From NCBI GenBank assembly GCA_951812955.1, contig OX638340.1, forward strand, positions 3,648,001 through 3,712,000: a stretch of 64,000 nucleotides of DNA, written 5' to 3'. Source of the stretch: an uncultured Gemmatimonadota bacterium. Its GTDB lineage: Bacteria; JAAXHH01. Positions 27,249 to 38,100 of the stretch are shown here, piece after piece (within the stretch, counting starts at the first letter, position 1; each line of letters starts with the position of its first letter). The position numbers and the translations under genes were made by a program. The notes under the pieces are model-generated. The model was not told the origin of the DNA. It searched no databases and was given only the letters and a program-made list of their open reading frames with translations.

Positions 27249-30053
27249 ATGATTACGTTGTTTAAAAACGGACTACCACAGTCACAGATCGTGCTGTCCC
27301 CTTCGTCCGGACCGGCAGAACGGCGTGCCGCTCTCGAGTTCCAGCGCATCGCGAAATGCATGTGCGGTGTTGAACTGCCCATACATAAGGTGTCGGACGG
27401 ACAATCTCCAGCCGGCGCCGATGGATCTCCAGCCGGCGCCGATGGATCAGATCCCGTCCCCGGAGACGCCTCAGGTCGGGTATACATCGGGTGGGCGCCT
27501 CAGGATCTCGCCATCAATCTCTCCGAAACCGCCCTGGGCTACGACGGTTATGTCATCCTGTGCGCCGGCAACATACTGGTGCTGACAGGACGAAAGCCCT
27601 ACTCGGCGCTTTATGCCGCGTACCGCCTGTTCGAAGAACATCTTGGCTGCGGTTTCTTCGAAGAAGGCGAGCAGATTCCCCGGACGGATACCGTCTCGAT
27701 TGGCGAACTGACGGACTACCGCAAGCCCCGGTTCAAGTGGCGGATGTATTTTGCGAACATGCAGGATGCCTACAGCGGCATGCGCTGGTGGACCTGGGAG
27801 GAGTTCAAACCCTGGATCGACTACCTGGTCAAGAAACGGTTCAACATCCTCGAGAGCGGCAACATCGCGGACTGTTGCGGCATCGGCGCGCTGGCGGCCA
27901 ACCGGCTGGGCGTACCGGTGGAACTGACCGACTGGCAGAAAGCGCGCATCGCGTTGCTGCGGCGCGTCTTCGACTATGCCCGGGAGGCCGGAATCCGGAT
28001 CCGGTACCGCATGCAGCTTCACGTGGGCACGCCCGCGGTCAATCCCGGTTTTTCTCCCTACGCTGACGGCCGACAACTCCAGGAATTCGTGGACGGGTAC
28101 GAGGCCATGACCGGCGCGAAGATCCGCGTGGCGCCCCTGGAGTGGTGCGGCGAGTCCGAGATCGTCCTCGACCCGCGGGACCCGGTGACCCGGCGGTTCA
28201 CAACCGCCGTGGTGGAGTCTTACGGACAAGCGCTGGGTACGGACCATCTCTACAGCCTGTGGCTGCCCACGGAGGAGACCTGGGTGGAGGATGACCCGGA
28301 CCGGGCCGCGGAACTGACCCGCGCGTCCGTCGACGGCATGATCCAGGCCATCCGGGAAGGCGACCCGGACGCGGTGCTGTTCAGCCCACGGGTGTGCACG
28401 GACAATCCCACGGCGGCCGCACAGGCGCAGGCGGTCCGGGACGCAGGCCTGCCCGTGATCGGCAACATGTTCCTCAACCACGGCGGCCGCATGTACGACT
28501 TCCTGCGGTGCGACTACTACTGGGGCCTGCCGTGGTCCACGGGCATGTGCGGCCAGTGCGGCCGGGAGACCAACCCCAACGGCGATATCGAAACGGCGAT
28601 CAACAATGCCCGGTCGCTGGCGGATCACCCAAAGGCGCGGAACCTCCAGGGCTTCATGGTGTCGACCGAAACCAACCATCGGAACGTCATGACCATGGAT
28701 CTCTACGCGGAGCTGTCGTGGAATCCAGCGGACCTGGATCCCGACGACTACATCGAACGGTGGAACCGCAGGAGATACGGACCGGCGGCCGAAGGCACCC
28801 GTCCAGCCGTCCGGATATTCGCCGAAACGATCATGGCCTACTTCGACCCGTGCACCCACAACGGTCCGCTTTACCGAAACTGGGACGGCACCCTGCTGCC
28901 CGGTCTCACTTCCGGGTCCGTCAAACGGCTCATCGGATTCCTGCCGTCCCTACACGAGATGCTCGAGATCCTGCTTTCCCCGTACGATAAACTCGGAGAT
29001 TCCCCCATGTACCGCTTCGACCTGGTGGATATCGGACGCACCTACCTGGCGGGCATCTTCAACCATCGCCTGGCTGACGCGCGCAAGGCCTTTCGCGCCG
29101 GGGACAGGGAAAGGTTCGAGCGAATGGCCGGGGAGACGGAGCAGGTAATGCTCGCCATGGCCCGGTACTGCAGTGCCCATGAGCAGTTCAGGCTGAAGAC
29201 CCACGACGAATGGGCGGCGCGGTGGCCCGAGATCGTGCCCGGCCACGCCAACGGCGAAAGCAACTGGATCACCTTCACCGCGCTGATTTCCCTGGAAAAC
29301 TGGCAGGTGCTGCTGGACTACCTGCCGGAAGATTTCGCCGAGATGATCGTCCACTATTTCCTCCCCCGCGTGCGGCAGTACATCGACCGGATGCGGACGA
29401 TGATGGACCGGGGCGAGGATATTTCGGAACGGCTGGTGGACCGGGATTCAGACGTGGATCTGCCGTCCCGCGTGGCGAATTGGTCGACGCCCCAGGGCAA
29501 CACGCCCTGGTCGCCCTACGGGGACACCTGCGAGCCCGAGTTGACCGAAGAGGACGAAGCACTCGCCCTTAGGCTCATCAAGGCCGGATCCGTAAGCGGC
29601 AGCTACGACTATTATGAGGGTCCACTCGATACGCTCGTCCGCGAGATGCTGGACGAGTTCCCGTCCCCCGGGGACATCGAGGAGATCCTCGCGGAGGAAG
29701 ACTACGCGCCGCCGAGTAACCGGCTGGTATTGCACGGCGTCCCCGGTGAGACGATCGAGGGCTTCAACGTGCCCGGTTTCGTGGAAAGGGTCGAGGTCCC
29801 GCGAGAACTCCAGAATCTCATCGCGGTGCGCGAGGTACGCAGGGAGTACAATATCGCCCGGGGTGAGATCGCCCTGTACCAGGTGACCGTACCGCCGGAG
29901 GTCGAACTGACCCGCCTCGAAGACGTATCCGCTTCCTCGGACGGCCACGATGTTGCGGTATTCACCTTCCAGGAGGGAGCAACTGATTACAAGGTATGGT
30001 TCGACAGCGGGACGGACCTGGACGTGGCCTCTTTGGTAGTGAAACGGATTTAG
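27249..30053 (+). CDS. Alpha-N-acetylglucosaminidase (NAGLU, glycoside hydrolase family 89)
   Basis: 934 aa. The block WRMYFANMQDAYSGMRWWTWEEFKPWIDYLVKKRFNILE aligns with human NAGLU [40 protein letters not shown]. The overall N-domain / TIM-barrel / helical C-domain layout fits GH89. Confidence 0.7.
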   Translation: MITLFKNGLPQSQIVLSPSSGPAERRAALEFQRIAKCMCGVELPIHKVSDGQSPAGADGSPAGADGSDPVPGDASGRVYIGWAPQDLAINLSETALGYDGYVILCAGNILVLTGRKPYSALYAAYRLFEEHLGCGFFEEGEQIPRTDTVSIGELTDYRKPRFKWRMYFANMQDAYSGMRWWTWEEFKPWIDYLVKKRFNILESGNIADCCGIGALAANRLGVPVELTDWQKARIALLRRVFDYAREAGIRIRYRMQLHVGTPAVNPGFSPYADGRQLQEFVDGYEAMTGAKIRVAPLEWCGESEIVLDPRDPVTRRFTTAVVESYGQALGTDHLYSLWLPTEETWVEDDPDRAAELTRASVDGMIQAIREGDPDAVLFSPRVCTDNPTAAAQAQAVRDAGLPVIGNMFLNHGGRMYDFLRCDYYWGLPWSTGMCGQCGRETNPNGDIETAINNARSLADHPKARNLQGFMVSTETNHRNVMTMDLYAELSWNPADLDPDDYIERWNRRRYGPAAEGTRPAVRIFAETIMAYFDPCTHNGPLYRNWDGTLLPGLTSGSVKRLIGFLPSLHEMLEILLSPYDKLGDSPMYRFDLVDIGRTYLAGIFNHRLADARKAFRAGDRERFERMAGETEQVMLAMARYCSAHEQFRLKTHDEWAARWPEIVPGHANGESNWITFTALISLENWQVLLDYLPEDFAEMIVHYFLPRVRQYIDRMRTMMDRGEDISERLVDRDSDVDLPSRVANWSTPQGNTPWSPYGDTCEPELTEEDEALALRLIKAGSVSGSYDYYEGPLDTLVREMLDEFPSPGDIEEILAEEDYAPPSNRLVLHGVPGETIEGFNVPGFVERVEVPRELQNLIAVREVRREYNIARGEIALYQVTVPPEVELTRLEDVSASSDGHDVAVFTFQEGATDYKVWFDSGTDLDVASLVVKRI
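27404..27445. repeat. Coding perfect 21-bp tandem duplication (ATCTCCAGCCGGCGCCGATGG x2) encoding SPAGADG x2 in the GH89 N-terminus
   Basis: Read directly from the sequence. Confidence 0.85.
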
Positions 30054-30195
30054 CGCGGGCCGCATATAACGCCAGCGGTTTGTATGACGCGTAACGGCGG
30101 AGTTTCCTTTTGACAGCCGCTGACCTCGCCGCTTAACATTGCATAGGGTTTAGCATACCGTCTGCACCGCGGAACATTGTCCGGAGCATCGACCT

Positions 30196-31002
30196 ATGAT
30201 GCCTGCACCGGAAGACTACGACCTCGACCTCAAAGTAGCGGAACTCAAGATCAATGGGTTTACGGCCTTTGAAGATCTCATTCCGCCAGAGAAGATCGAC
30301 CGGATTCGTGAGGCGTTCCTGCCCAGACTGAACCGGCTCAGGGATCGCGAGAAAGGCGGGATTCATCCGGAAGAGCGGGGTGAGGTGAGCACGGGAAAGG
30401 GGCGCCAGCAGTTCATCAACCGCTTTACGATGCACGTGCCCTGGGAGACTCCTTTCTCCGATCCGGATATCTACGAGAACCCGGTCGTGCTGGCCTTTCT
30501 CGAGAGATACTGGGGCGCGGACGATTTTCAAATCACCTGCTATCATTCCAACAACCCCTACCCAGGCAGTGAATTTCAACCGTGGCACCGGGACATCCAC
30601 CTGATCACGCCCCACGTGGGCCTGCCGGTCTGTCCCCACTTCGGCATCAAGTTTCCCCTCGTGGACACGAACGAGGAAAACGGCAGCTTCGAGGTCATGC
30701 CCGGCACCCAGTACCTGGCGGACCCGGAAATGGAGAAGGCGTACGACGAGATCCTGTGCAACGGCCATTTCCCGGGCGCGCACCGGATGAACCTGAAGAA
30801 AGGGACCATGTGGGTGCAGGACCCAAGAACCCTGCACCGGGGTACGCCGAACCGGTCCGATCACGCCCGCATGGAACTGGTCATCTGCTATTCCCGGCCG
30901 TGGTTCCGTCCGTCGACCGTAGAGATATCGCAGGCGGAATATGACAAACTATCTGAACGCGGCCGGGCAATGCTGACACGCAGCATCATCACGGCGTCCT
31001 GA
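30196..31002 (+). CDS. PhyH family Fe(II)/2OG-dependent oxygenase
   Basis: WHRDIHL.. and DTNEENGSFEVMPGTQ motifs with a later HRGTPN.S; family collinearity. Confidence 0.8.
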   Translation: MMPAPEDYDLDLKVAELKINGFTAFEDLIPPEKIDRIREAFLPRLNRLRDREKGGIHPEERGEVSTGKGRQQFINRFTMHVPWETPFSDPDIYENPVVLAFLERYWGADDFQITCYHSNNPYPGSEFQPWHRDIHLITPHVGLPVCPHFGIKFPLVDTNEENGSFEVMPGTQYLADPEMEKAYDEILCNGHFPGAHRMNLKKGTMWVQDPRTLHRGTPNRSDHARMELVICYSRPWFRPSTVEISQAEYDKLSERGRAMLTRSIITAS

Positions 31003-31044
31003 CCCCTTTCATCTGCCTACCGCGATCTGTATGAGGAGCAGCCC

Positions 31045-31839
31045 ATGTTGACCGAGGCCCAGATCGCCCATTTCCAGACCTTCGGATTCCTGGTCATACG
31101 ACAGGCCTTCACGCGTTCGGAGGTGGAGGCACTGATCCGGGAGGCCGATGCGGCTTACGCGGCGAAATCGGACCGCGAAAAAGACGGCTCGTCTTCGATG
31201 TGGACATCTGAGTTAGTAGAGGAACGCCCGGCCTTGATGAAGCTGATGGAGGACGACCGGATCTACCTGTCCATAGGCGGACTCCTGGGCCGGGATTTCA
31301 TCTGGAACGGGTCCGAAATCATGTGGGGGATCGACCCGACGCTGGCCGATCACACCTGGCATTTCGATGGCCATAAGACCTCGCGGAATCTCGACTATCC
31401 GCGGACCAAGGTCATGCTGTACCTCGATCCCCAGCGGAGGGACACCGGCGCGCTGCGCGTCATCCCCGGTTCCCATCGGGATCCTCTTCACAAAGCGCTG
31501 TTCCCCCTTCAGGACGCCCACCTGGGCGGAGACCCCAACCCTTACGGCGTCGAGGGACCGCAGATTCCCGCCTGCGCCATCGAAACGGATCCGGGCGACA
31601 TCGTCTTCTTCAACCAGTGGCTGTATCACGCGGTGTACGGCAAGGAGGGAAAACGGAGGGTCATCGTCCTCAAGTTCGGACCCCGGCCACGGACGCACGC
31701 CCATCTGGCCATGCTGCGGGACGGCGCACCTGCCGGGTTTGCGCCACATCCGGCTTTAAGCAACAGCAAGCGTCTCCGTATCAGGCGACTGGCCGAGGCG
31801 TGCTCCGAACTCGAAGCGCAGGTTGAAAAACTGGATTGA
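31045..31839 (+). CDS. PhyH family Fe(II)/2OG-dependent oxygenase
   Basis: WHFDGH and ALRVIPGSHRD motifs. GAGGAG sits 7 nt upstream of the ATG. Confidence 0.8.
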   Translation: MLTEAQIAHFQTFGFLVIRQAFTRSEVEALIREADAAYAAKSDREKDGSSSMWTSELVEERPALMKLMEDDRIYLSIGGLLGRDFIWNGSEIMWGIDPTLADHTWHFDGHKTSRNLDYPRTKVMLYLDPQRRDTGALRVIPGSHRDPLHKALFPLQDAHLGGDPNPYGVEGPQIPACAIETDPGDIVFFNQWLYHAVYGKEGKRRVIVLKFGPRPRTHAHLAMLRDGAPAGFAPHPALSNSKRLRIRRLAEACSELEAQVEKLD

Positions 31840-31858
31840 AGCGCGGACCGGCCGGCGG

Positions 31859-34800
31859 TCACACCGGCTGCCGGATCCTGGCCACTACGCCCCGCCACCA
31901 GTTCCGGAGGTCTTCGAAGGCGCTGTAGACCAGGGGCAGCGCGACCATGGCGCCAATAGTGGAGAAGATCAGGCCGCCCATAACGGATCGCCCCATGGGA
32001 TAGTAGGGCAGATCCCCCAGCGAGGCCGTGCCGATCGCCATGGGCAGCAGGCCCAGCATGGTGGTCAGCGCCGTCATCAGGATCGGCCGCAGGCGGTCGC
32101 GCCCGGCCTGGATGATCAGTTCCCGCCCCTTGAGTCGCCCCTCTTTCTCCAGGTGTTTGATGTGGTCGATGAACACGATGGCGTTGTTGACCACCACCCC
32201 AATCAGGATGACCACGCCAATGAGGGCGAGCACCGACATGCTGGTGCCGGTGGCCCACAGCATCCAGTAGCAACCGAAGTAGGCGAAGGGAATGGACACC
32301 AGGACGATGATCAGGGGATCGATGTAGGATTCGAACAGCGATCCCAGGAGCAGGAGTACCGCGACCAGGGCCAGCATGGCGGCCAGCATCATGGTCTGGC
32401 TGTCTTCTTCCAGCTGCTCCCACCGTTCTCCAAGCCGCCAGGAGTATCCCCGGGGCAGGGACAGGTCCGCGAGACTGCCGCTTATGCTGGTACCCAGGGT
32501 CTCAATGCCTTCGGCGGTAGTGTTCGCGCGGACCATGAGGATGGTCTGGCTGTCCCGGCGATAGATCGCTCGGAAGGCCGGACTCTGTGAAAAGCCGGCC
32601 ATGGTGGCCAACGGCAGTTGCGTTCCGTCGTCCAGGTAGACCGCCTGGTCCCGCAGCTGGTGGACGGTTTGCCGGTCTTCTTCGTCCGACTGCATCCAGA
32701 CCCGGATCTCCCGGTCCGCGGTTTTCAACCGCTTCATTTCTTGTCCCCGGATGCCCGACAGCGCCATGGTGGAGATACGCTGGGGCGTGAGTCCGAACTT
32801 GCCCGCCAGATCGCGGTCCACGGTGACTCTCAGCTCGTCCTGCGTGTCGTCATTGTCCAGGTCGGTGGTAACCGTCGTGATTTCCGGCAGAAGGCTCAAC
32901 CGCGCCTTCACGTCCTCGGCGACCTGCTCAAGCAGCCTGGGGTCTTCGCCGCTCAGGGCGATGCTCACCCTCGGGTCCTCCTCGCCTTCTTCGCCCCATC
33001 GCCACTTTACGACACGCCCCGGGGCCTCGGGAATCGTTTCGCGCAGGATCTTCGCGACCTCTTCCGAAGAACGGTAGTCGCCCGCCCCGCCCTGGGTGCC
33101 AAGTATCAGCAGGATGGCCGCGTATAGCGCCGTGGCCGCGGCAATGGCCTGGAAGGCGTAGGGCTTTCTCCTCACGGCTACGAGCAGGCAACCGCAAACC
33201 GCGAGCGATGCCCATACCCAGGAGCGTTTCGCATTGTGGAACAGCCCCTCCCAGACGGAATCGTCCCGTTCGTTTTTGAGATAGACGTTGAACCACACCT
33301 GGCCGGCCCGGAAGTCCGTGCGAATGGCCGAGATGTTCAGCGAATCGGCCGCGGCCAGCCACTCGTTTTCCCGTTCGGTCACAAAGCGGCCCGTTTCGGC
33401 CAGATCGAGAAACGGACCGGGTTCGATGAACATCCATACCTGTCGCTGGTCCGTGGGCGTGTTGTCCAGGCTGACCTTATTCATGGGTACGAGCACGGTC
33501 AGGATGACGAATCCGGCCAGAATGAGCGCCGTGTCGATCCGATGGTTCAGCACCCAGCCGATCAGCCTGCTGTATCGCCGTTCCAAGGCATCCAGCAGAC
33601 CGATGTCAGGCAGGGAGCCGTCTTTCAGCAAACGGGACGCCAGCAGGGGAATGAAGGTCAGCGACATGACCAGGGAGGAAAACAGGGAGATGGTAATGAC
33701 CAATCCCAGTTCCCTCATCTGCGTTTGCGCCCCTCCGCCCCCGATGAAGAGCAGGGGAAGGAAAACGATCGCCGTGGTGAGCGTAGCCGCGCTGACGGCC
33801 ACGGAGACCTCGCGGGCACCCTGGATAGCCGCCTTTACAGGTTCCACGCCCTGGCGTCTGAGCCGGAGGATGTTCTCCAGGACTACCACGGCATTGTCCA
33901 CCAGCATGCCTATGCCGAGCATAAGGCCCATCAGGGAAACGAGGTTGAGCGAAAGGATCTGGTAACTCGTATTTATGAAATACATGGCCGTGAACGTGAC
34001 CAGGATGGACGCAGGGATGGACGCGGCGATGATGAAGGTGGTCCGGTACTTTCTCAGAAAGAAAAACAGCACGCCTATGGCGAACAATCCCCCCCACATC
34101 CCAGCGTTACCGAGCGCATTGAGCGAACTCAGGATCCACGTGGACTGCTGGAAGAAGACGTGGTAGGTCAGGCCGGGCCAGCGTGGGTCCCGGGTCAGAT
34201 CGTCCAGCGTTTCCCGGATGGCGGCCGTCACCTCCACGGTGTTCGCATTGGACTCCTTGCGGATGACCATGCCCACGGCGTCCTGGCCGTCGAGGCGGTA
34301 TCGCTGCCGGCTTGTGGGTTTACGGTAGGCCACTTCCGCGACGTCGTCGAGACGAAGGCCCCGGTCGTTAACAGGGAACGACCGGATGTCTTCCACGGAC
34401 TGGAACGCACCCGTGAGCCGAACCAGGTAGCGGAAGCCGCCGTCCTCCACATATCCCCCCGGAGAGTCCATGTTGGCCTGTTCCATGGCACCCAGAAACT
34501 CTTCGGGATTCACCCTGTAGGCCTTCAGCCGGTCTTCATCCATGTCGATGATCACCTGCCGGGCCTGCGATCCCCAGGTGTCTATACCGGCAATGCCGTC
34601 CAGGCGTTCGAGGCGGGGCCGAAGCTGTTCGTCGACTACCTGGAACAACGCGTCCTGGTCGCCGTGCCAGGACATGGCGAGCCACATGATCGGGATATCG
34701 GTACTGGAGAACTTCCTTACCCAGATACGGTCTATTTCATCGGGCAGCCGGGGCCGTACCCGCTCCACGCGGTCGCGGACCTCCACATAGGCCAGCTTCA

Positions 34801-35128
34801 TGTCGGTGTCGTAATCGAAGCGCAGGTCGACACTCACCCCGTTGGTCCTCGCGTCAGACTCGACGCGAATCAGTCCCCGGAGGGTCTTCAGTTCTCCCTC
34901 CAGGGGCCGGGCGATCAGCTGAACGTTGTCCTCGGGAGTGGAATTGGGATAGGGGACCCAGACGTTCATCCACGTTCCTTCGATCGCCGGGATGAACTCC
35001 AGGGGAAGCAGTCTGAAGGAGACCGCACCGAACAGGATTGCGCTGACCAGCACCATGAAGACCGTCACCGGCCTGCGGAATGCGAAGGCGGTCCAGTTAG
35101 CGGGTGTAAGGAATCGAAACATCATCAC
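31859..35128 (-). CDS. RND efflux transporter permease (HAE1/AcrB-MdtC-like), second of two tandem RND permeases
   Basis: 1089 aa with a 12-TM/two-large-periplasmic-loop architecture and AcrB collinearity. Position 35128 is a GTG; an ATG lies at 35125. Confidence 0.9.
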   Translation of the reverse strand: MMMFRFLTPANWTAFAFRRPVTVFMVLVSAILFGAVSFRLLPLEFIPAIEGTWMNVWVPYPNSTPEDNVQLIARPLEGELKTLRGLIRVESDARTNGVSVDLRFDYDTDMKLAYVEVRDRVERVRPRLPDEIDRIWVRKFSSTDIPIMWLAMSWHGDQDALFQVVDEQLRPRLERLDGIAGIDTWGSQARQVIIDMDEDRLKAYRVNPEEFLGAMEQANMDSPGGYVEDGGFRYLVRLTGAFQSVEDIRSFPVNDRGLRLDDVAEVAYRKPTSRQRYRLDGQDAVGMVIRKESNANTVEVTAAIRETLDDLTRDPRWPGLTYHVFFQQSTWILSSLNALGNAGMWGGLFAIGVLFFFLRKYRTTFIIAASIPASILVTFTAMYFINTSYQILSLNLVSLMGLMLGIGMLVDNAVVVLENILRLRRQGVEPVKAAIQGAREVSVAVSAATLTTAIVFLPLLFIGGGGAQTQMRELGLVITISLFSSLVMSLTFIPLLASRLLKDGSLPDIGLLDALERRYSRLIGWVLNHRIDTALILAGFVILTVLVPMNKVSLDNTPTDQRQVWMFIEPGPFLDLAETGRFVTERENEWLAAADSLNISAIRTDFRAGQVWFNVYLKNERDDSVWEGLFHNAKRSWVWASLAVCGCLLVAVRRKPYAFQAIAAATALYAAILLILGTQGGAGDYRSSEEVAKILRETIPEAPGRVVKWRWGEEGEEDPRVSIALSGEDPRLLEQVAEDVKARLSLLPEITTVTTDLDNDDTQDELRVTVDRDLAGKFGLTPQRISTMALSGIRGQEMKRLKTADREIRVWMQSDEEDRQTVHQLRDQAVYLDDGTQLPLATMAGFSQSPAFRAIYRRDSQTILMVRANTTAEGIETLGTSISGSLADLSLPRGYSWRLGERWEQLEEDSQTMMLAAMLALVAVLLLLGSLFESYIDPLIIVLVSIPFAYFGCYWMLWATGTSMSVLALIGVVILIGVVVNNAIVFIDHIKHLEKEGRLKGRELIIQAGRDRLRPILMTALTTMLGLLPMAIGTASLGDLPYYPMGRSVMGGLIFSTIGAMVALPLVYSAFEDLRNWWRGVVARIRQPV

Positions 35129-35167
35129 CCCGGTGATTCGGATCTACAATAATTGGATACCAGTTCT

Positions 35168-38100
35168 TCACGCGTTCACATCAGGTTTTCGATCCAGCAG
35201 CGTATAAACGACAGGTATTACAATCAGGGTAAGCACAGTGGATGAAATCAGTCCCGCGATCACGGTGATGGCGAGCGGCGTACGGATTTCGGCGCCTTCG
35301 CCTATGCCCAGTGCGAGGGGCAGCAACCCCAGGACGGTCGTGGCGGTCGTCATCATAATAGGGCGAAGTCGTACTCTTCCTGCCGTAATGACGGCATTGA
35401 TCCGGTCTTCGCCTCTTCGCCGCAACCGATTGATGTAGTCCACCAGTACAATCGCGTTGTTCACCACGATGCCCGCGAGCATGATAATGCCGATCAGGAC
35501 CACGACGCTGATCGTGATGTCGAGCAGATAAAGGGCTACCAGCACGCCGGAAAGGGCGAGCAGAAAGGAGAACATGACGATGAAGGGATGTATCAGCGAC
35601 TCGAACTGGGAAGCCATGACCAGGTAAACCAGGAAAACGGCCATGGCAATGGCGAGCAGCATGCTGCGCGACGCAGTGTTCATCTCCCGGTATTGGCCGC
35701 CAAGGTCGATATTGAAGTCAGCGGGTAACGGGAGCCCGGCCAGCCTGTCCTGGATGCCCCGCGCCACGCTCCCCAGGTCGATTCCCGTCAGATTGGCCGT
35801 TACGAGCGCCACGCGCTGCTGGTCTATGCGCCGGATCTCGCTCGGTCCCTCGTCCAGATGCACCTGCGCCACGGCGCTGAGCGGCACGGCGCCGCGTTCA
35901 GCAGCTGGCTGCGAGGACCGGTCATTCGACGATTCGGGATCCTCCCCGAAGGCATTCTGGTCCGCCATGTCTTCCGTATTCGTGTTTCCGCGACTGCGGG
36001 CGTTGACGGCCAGAGCCTTTAACTGGGCGATCTCCGTTCGATCTTCCTCCCGTGCGCGGACGAGGATATCGATCTTTCGGTCTCCCGCGGAAAACCGGGT
36101 GGCGACGCTTCCGCGGACCTTGTTCCTGATCGCGTCGGCCGCCTGGCCGATATCCACGCCCAGGGCCGCCATGCGGTCGCGATCGAAGACGACCACGACT
36201 TCCGGATGCCCGGCCTCCATCAGGGATCGGGCGTCCCTGAGGCCTTCCAGGTCTTCGAGGGATTCGACGACTTGACCGCTGACGGAACGGAGATCCCTCA
36301 GGTTGTAGCCCCGGATTTCTACCTCCAGCGGCGTCTTGAAGCTAAACAGTGCGGGGCGGACAAACTCCATCCGGACCTCGGGTATGTCCGCCAGGCGGGA
36401 CCTGAGCCGCTCCATGACGTCGTCGCTTCCCTGCTGCCTCACCGACTCCTGCCGGAGCATCACGGCCACCCGGGCGATATTCTCCCGTTCTTCCTCGACG
36501 AGCGTGCCGCCCGATTCCACCGCGCCTACCACGACATAGACTTGCTCGATGGCCGGGTCGTCCCGGATCAGGGTTTCTATCCGTGTCGCAGTCGTGTCGG
36601 TGGTGGCCAGCGGCGTGCCCGATGGCAGGATGAGGTCGACGGCAAACTCACCCTGTTCCAGTTCAGGAATCAGCTCGGTCCCCAAACGCGGAACCAGTAC
36701 CGCCGAGGTTGCTACGATCCCCGCAACGAAGAGCATGGTGACAAACCGGTGTTCCAACGCGCGGGAGAGCACCATTACATAGATATCCTGGCATTTCGAG
36801 ATCGCGAGGTTGAACAGGTTCAGAACCGGGTGGACGATTTTGCCCAGCAGCCAGAATACGGCGCGAACCAGCAACCACACCGGGGTCAGGACCAGCGCCA
36901 GCACGTTGGGTACGACCGTAAAGAGAATCTTGAACAAGCTGCCGACCAGGAACCGGATCAGCCGGAAGAAGGGCAGTATGAAGCGAAAGGCGAACACGGC
37001 GATCCATCGCGGGACCCGCCCGGCGGCCGACAGCAGCCATCGGATCCGGCCTTCATGCCCGATCGTGTCGCGGCCCTGAACCACGCAACCTTTCAGCCAG
37101 CGCCATACCAGCACGAAGAAACGGCCGGCGAGATACACCGGGTAGAAAACGATCCAGTTTGCCCGGGAAGGTCCATCATCCTTGCGCGTTCTGAATCTGC
37201 GGGCGGTCTCCCCGAACCACGTGAGACCGGGAAAAGTTCCAATGAACCAGGCTCCTGTGTCCTTCCGCGCCTTCCGGGGGAACCAGCGCCAGGCGCGGCC
37301 CCGTTCCTCCGGCGCGGACCGCCGGTAGTCCCGGTACGCGGCCTGTATCCAGAGACCGGCTCCCGCCGCGCCGCCGGTACCGCCTTCCCGGGAGGCCATC
37401 ATGGGTATGAACGTCAGTGCCACGGCGAGCGAGGCCAGCAGGGCGAAGGTGACGGTCAGAGCCTGGTCTGTGAAGATCTGGCCGGCGACCCCTTCGATGA
37501 ACACGATGGGGAAAAACACGGCAATTGTCGTGAGGGTCGAAGCGGTCACAGCCATGCCTACTTCCGACGCCCCGCGGCGGGCCGATTCGACGATGGAGTC
37601 CCCCTCCTCCCGGCACCGGAATATGCTTTCTAGCACGACGATGGCGTTGTCGACGAGCATGCCGATGCCCAGGGCCAGTCCGCCGAGCGACATGATGTTG
37701 AGCGTGGTGTCGCTGAAGAACATCAGGATGAAAGTGATCAACACCGATACGGGAATGGCCACGCCCACGATGAGCGTGCTCTTCAGGTTGCGCAGGAACA
37801 GGAAGAGGACCAGGATCGCCAGCACGCCGCCCCACTGGGCGGTATTGATCACTTCGTCGATGGCGTTTTCGATGAAACGGGACTGATCGGATATGATGTA
37901 CAACGAGACGCCTTCCGGCAGCGTCGAAACGATGGTGCGTCTTTCGTCTGCAACAGGCGGTCCGGTGGTTTCCGTCCCATCCGTGGCTGCATTCTCATTT
38001 CCGCCGCCATCTGCGGGACCCGCTTCATCGGCATCCCCCTCCTCTCCACTTCTGGTCCCGATGTCGCCAAGGCGCTCCTTGATCGCGCGGGCGACCGTCA

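Noticed and set aside
33236-37633. Long plus-strand ORFs (33236..35152, 36206..37633, 35643..36275) inside the RND permease genes
   Set aside because: Same-phase antisense of very long high-GC genes. The RND permeases on the minus strand are unambiguous.
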